DNA of 64,000 nt. It comes from Candidatus Pelagisphaera sp. GTDB lineage: Bacteria; Verrucomicrobiota; Verrucomicrobiia; Opitutales; Opitutaceae. The stretch covers positions 2,056-66,055 of the forward strand of contig JBNMOQ010000002.1 of NCBI GenBank assembly GCA_051275055.1, written 5' to 3'. A program made the translations under genes and the position numbers. The notes below the pieces were generated by a model. It had not been told where the DNA came from. It was given only the letters and a program-made list of their open reading frames with translations, and made no database searches. Below are positions 60,232 through 64,000 of this stretch, one piece after another (the first letter of the stretch is position 1; every line of letters begins with the position of its first letter).

Positions 60232-61020
60232 ATGCCTATAACCGATTGGGGGTGGAAAATCACTCCAGACGAACTCCATTCATGGATACTTCAAGACGAC
60301 AACGATGTGGTTCTCCTCAACAAACCTGCTCTCGTAGTATGCCACCCTTCCAAAAAAGGTCCCTGGTCTTCCCTCGTCGGAGCTTGCCGAGAAGAGCTGG
60401 AACACAAGCGAACTCACCTGATTGCCCGTCTGGATCGCGAAACTAGCGGTATCATCCTCCTAGCAAAACATCGTCTCGCAGCGCGACACTTTCAAATGAC
60501 CCTTGAACGACGTGACGTCAGCAAAAGCTACCTTGCCATCCTAGAAGGCTCTTTAAAAGAAAGCACGATGGTCGACGCAGCTATAGGCAAGGACAAGAAC
60601 AGCATCGTCCACTGTAAATCAGGCGTACGCACCGACGGACGACGCCAAGAAGCTCAAACCCGATTTACCCCGCTCCACACGACCGACAAATACACCCTCG
60701 TCCTCGTCGAACCCATTACCGGTCGAAAACACCAAATTCGCGTCCACGCCCAACACATCGGCCATTCCGTAGTCGGCGATAAGCTCTACGGCCCCGACGA
60801 GACCCTTTTCCTCGACTTCATCGAAACCGGCTGGACCGACGCCCTCGCCGAACAACTCCCCCTAAATCGTCAGGCTCTGCACGCCTACCGTATGACTTTC
60901 GAGCTGGAAACTGGCCCCAGGACCTTTGTAGCCCCACCTACTCAAGACCTCATAACCTTCTGCGAACAGCACCTAAATCTGCCCGAATCCGAGTTCCTTG
61001 AGCTAATCTCCCCATTGTGA
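60232..61020 (+). CDS. RluA-family pseudouridine synthase
   Basis: NKPA..V.HP, RLDRETSG, TGRKHQIRVH...GH.VVGD.LYG, QALHA. Confidence 0.94.
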   Translation: MPITDWGWKITPDELHSWILQDDNDVVLLNKPALVVCHPSKKGPWSSLVGACREELEHKRTHLIARLDRETSGIILLAKHRLAARHFQMTLERRDVSKSYLAILEGSLKESTMVDAAIGKDKNSIVHCKSGVRTDGRRQEAQTRFTPLHTTDKYTLVLVEPITGRKHQIRVHAQHIGHSVVGDKLYGPDETLFLDFIETGWTDALAEQLPLNRQALHAYRMTFELETGPRTFVAPPTQDLITFCEQHLNLPESEFLELISPL

Positions 61021-61110
61021 CTCCCCCAGGGGTCTAGTCTTTTCCCCTATATGTAAACGAAATATTAATTAACGCTTTCTTTACAAGATTGCGTGAGCTA
61101 TATTTCGTTC

Positions 61111-61227
61111 ATGAGATTCAATGCACCAAGTATCGTATCAATGATGGTTTTTTCGATTTTCGTTTGGGTTTACGTGATCAACACAGCTTGGTCAGTCGGT
61201 AAAGACCTCGTCGCAGTGATCTTCTAG
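61111..61227 (+). CDS. Candidate 38-aa small membrane protein (absent from ORF track)
   Basis: MRFNAPSIVSMMVFSIFVWVYVINTAWSVGKDLVAVIF; ATG start, fills an intergenic gap. Confidence 0.5.
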   Translation: MRFNAPSIVSMMVFSIFVWVYVINTAWSVGKDLVAVIF

Positions 61228-61272
61228 ACGCCCTCCCGGGCTTTTCGCTTTGCCCTAAAGCGAGTTCTCTTC

Positions 61273-62673
61273 TTGGCTTTCCCCTACGTGGCCAATTCCT
61301 CCCCTGACTCTGCGCTCAAGCAGCCCAACATCCGGCGCTTCATTGCGTTCCGCATTCTTTTCAATGCGCGATTCTACTACCCGGTCTTTACGATCCTGTT
61401 TCTGGATTTCGGCCTAACGCTAGAACAATTCGCGATCCTCAACGCCGCCTGGGCAGCAAGCATCGTTTTACTCGAAGTCCCTTCAGGAGCTTTAGCGGAC
61501 ACGATCGGGCGCCGCAATCTAGTGATCGCCGCCGCAGTGATCATGATCATAGAAATGGCTCTACTCTGCTTCGCCCCGATTGGGAATATGCAGGTCGTTT
61601 TCTACCTCTTCCTTGTCAACCGAATCCTAAGTGGAGCCGCTGAAGCCTCGGCAAGCGGAGCCGACGAGGCCCTTGCATACGACACGCTAAAAGACCTCGG
61701 AATGGAAAAGAGCTGGGGCCGTGTATTGGAAACTCAAATGCGCTTCCAGTCCATCGCCTTCATCGTCGCCATGTCTCTCGGCGCATTGCTCTACGATGCA
61801 GATCGACTCAATCAATTCCTCGCGTTCGCCTCCATCGACATCGTTGTCGCCAAGGAAACCGCAATGCGATTGCCGCTCATCTTAACGCTTCTACTTGGAA
61901 TCGGAGCCTTCTTTGTGGCAATCGGCCTTAAAGAGCCCGAGTCAGAACAAGCGTCCCGAAAAAAGCTTCGCTACTCAGAAGCCCGCCAAAGCACAAAGGA
62001 AGCATTCGCGAAAACGCTCGCAACCGGAAAATGGATACTAACCACACCCACCGCTCTGATGATAATTCTAGCAGGGTTCCTCATCGACCACATGGCGCGA
62101 ATGATTCTCACCCTAAACAGCGAATACTACCGACGCATCGAATTACCTGAAGCTTCCTTCGGACTCATCAGCGCGGGATTCGGACTCATGGGCGTCTTCA
62201 TGCCGAAACTCGGACGCTGGCTCTGCGAAAACCGCACCAAATCATTTAACTACTACGCGCTTAGTATCGCTACATTTATCGGACTCGTCGGAATGTCATG
62301 GTTTATTCCATACTGGGGCGTCGCGCCAATGTTACTAATCTACGGATCCATCTCTCTAACAGGATTCCTAGTCAGCTCCTACCTCAACGAAATCACTTCT
62401 TCCGAAAACCGCGCCACTGCCCTTAGCTTTAAAGGACTTTCCTACAACCTCGCCTACGGCGGAATCGGGATCCTCTATTCCCTGCTTGTCTACAATTTAA
62501 GAAACGCCCAAGAAAGTCAGGGCGTCCCAACCGAGACCATTGAAGCCAGCCTTTTCCAAGAAGCACTCGGTTATTTCCCAGGCTACTTTGCAGCCGCGTT
62601 TGTCATTGTCCTACTTTATGGCATCCTAAACCGCCGCTCTCTCGATCTCAGCCCATCGCATCCTTCCTCTTGA
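61273..62673 (+). CDS. MFS transporter
   Basis: LEVPSGALADTIGRR motif A, SGADEAL.YD, RATALS, about 12 TM helices. Confidence 0.92.
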   Translation: MAFPYVANSSPDSALKQPNIRRFIAFRILFNARFYYPVFTILFLDFGLTLEQFAILNAAWAASIVLLEVPSGALADTIGRRNLVIAAAVIMIIEMALLCFAPIGNMQVVFYLFLVNRILSGAAEASASGADEALAYDTLKDLGMEKSWGRVLETQMRFQSIAFIVAMSLGALLYDADRLNQFLAFASIDIVVAKETAMRLPLILTLLLGIGAFFVAIGLKEPESEQASRKKLRYSEARQSTKEAFAKTLATGKWILTTPTALMIILAGFLIDHMARMILTLNSEYYRRIELPEASFGLISAGFGLMGVFMPKLGRWLCENRTKSFNYYALSIATFIGLVGMSWFIPYWGVAPMLLIYGSISLTGFLVSSYLNEITSSENRATALSFKGLSYNLAYGGIGILYSLLVYNLRNAQESQGVPTETIEASLFQEALGYFPGYFAAAFVIVLLYGILNRRSLDLSPSHPSS

Positions 62674-62712
62674 TCCCAGCTTGAACGAGATAGAGCCACC
62701 CAGCGCTGCAAC

Positions 62713-62737
62713 GTAGCTACGCGAGGGACTCGTGTGG
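62713..62737 (+). repeat. REP-like palindrome
   Basis: GTAG then CTACGCGAG-gga-CTCGTGTGG, fully paired with G-T wobbles. Confidence 0.45.
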
Positions 62738-62800
62738 GATCTGCAATGACGGTTGACCAGATAGACCTAAGCTGACGCGTATGCACCAAGTGCGATCAGT

Positions 62801-62826
62801 GGCCGCCCAGATGATCGGCCTCTACC
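62801..62826 (-). repeat. REP-like palindrome
   Basis: Minus strand GGTAG-A-GGCCG-atcatctggg-CGGCC. Confidence 0.4.
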
Positions 62827-62846
62827 AAAACCAGCGCATAAGACAC

Positions 62847-62880
62847 AAAAAAGCCGGTCCCCTTTTCAGAAGACCGACTT
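62847..62880 (-). terminator. Intrinsic terminator of amtB-glnK
   Basis: Minus strand AGTCGGTCTT loop GGGACCGGCT followed by a T run. Confidence 0.8.
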
Positions 62881-62914
62881 GAAATTATTTGCTAGAGAAT
62901 ACTCTTAGGACGAC

Positions 62915-63295
<381 letters not shown>

Positions 63296-63339
63296 TTACG
63301 TAAATGCAAGTAAATGTGTTACTTAGCTTTTCGAGCGAG

Positions 63340-63999
63340 TTAACGGGTTGAAACGCTAAAGTCTGGATACGCTTCCTGACCATGTTCGCTGATATCCAAA
63401 CCTTCGAATTCTTCTTCTTCCGATACGCGAATTCCAAAAATCGCTTTAACGATCGAGAATACAACCAAGGAGAATACGAATGCGAAGATGGAAACCGATG
63501 CCGCGCCAAGCAACTGTACGCCGAAGGTAATGCCTGCGGCTTCAGTGACTGAGTCCAATCCGAAGATCGCTACGCACAAAGTACCCCAAACTCCACATAC
63601 GCCGTGAACCGAGATCGCTCCAACTGGATCGTCGACCTTGACCTTGTCGAAAAAGATAATCGAGAAGACGACAATGACTCCTGAAGTGAGGCCTACTAGG
63701 ACCGCACCCCAAGCTCCCATAACATCCGCTCCGGCAGTAATGCCAACCAAACCAGCCAAGATACCGTTAAGAGCCATGGAAAGGTCAGGTTTCTTGAGAA
63801 CAACCCAAGAGATGAAGATCGAAGCAAGTCCACCGCCACAGGCCGCGAGAGCTGTCGTTACGAAAACTTGCGATACTGCTGCAGGATCGCCGCTAAGAAC
63901 CGATCCGCCATTGAACCCGAACCAACCGAGGAAAAGGAGAAATACTCCAATCGTAGCCAAAGGCATGCTATGACCCAAAATAGGCTTAATTTTGCCGTC
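63340..63999 (-). CDS. amtB: Ammonium transporter (5' truncated by window edge)
   Basis: GHS, LGWFGFNGGS, NGILAGLV.ITAG, DDPVGAISVHGVCG, E..GLDISEHG. Confidence 0.96.
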   Translation of the reverse strand, partial: DGKIKPILGHSMPLATIGVFLLFLGWFGFNGGSVLSGDPAAVSQVFVTTALAACGGGLASIFISWVVLKKPDLSMALNGILAGLVGITAGADVMGAWGAVLVGLTSGVIVVFSIIFFDKVKVDDPVGAISVHGVCGVWGTLCVAIFGLDSVTEAAGITFGVQLLGAASVSIFAFVFSLVVFSIVKAIFGIRVSEEEEFEGLDISEHGQEAYPDFSVSTR

Positions 64000-64000
64000 C

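Overview
Core-genome-type bacterial chromosome segment, most likely Verrucomicrobiota of the Opitutae group. This is an inference from gene content: the DUF1549/DUF1553-DUF1501-planctomycete-cytochrome module, the bamD-lptE pair and co-occurring RNase HII and HIII. About 65 CDS: mutS (5' partial), glgB, lptD, an RsmB-family methyltransferase, scpA, trxA, menA, rpmJ-rpmE (rpmJ absent from the ORF track), aroQ, rnhC-rnhB, mutY, rpsU, dnaE, rdgB, ribD-like, leuB, alaS, kdsA, orn, glmM, trpD, rpmF (absent from the ORF track)-plsX-fabH-bamD-lptE-rpe-hpt, ppk2, hpf, an MFS transporter and amtB (5' partial)-glnK, plus tRNA-Arg(ACG). Most notable observations: (1) a GxxExxY/PD-(D/E)xK nuclease gene enclosed by 34-bp inverted arms built of 9-nt-period CACRAAG repeats between leuB and alaS, a candidate REP/RAYT-analogous element; (2) a REPtron with three identical 28-bp REPs whose RAYT has an opal stop just before the catalytic Tyr, plus several other GTAG-palindrome families in intergenic DNA; (3) a RibD whose deaminase domain has lost all three Zn ligands while the reductase motifs are intact; (4) a candidate multi-branched structured RNA upstream of hpf/raiA; (5) four disrupted accessory genes and an unannotated 38-aa hydrophobic ORF. 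No CRISPR array, prophage or rRNA was seen. All calls come from motif recognition by eye, without database searches.
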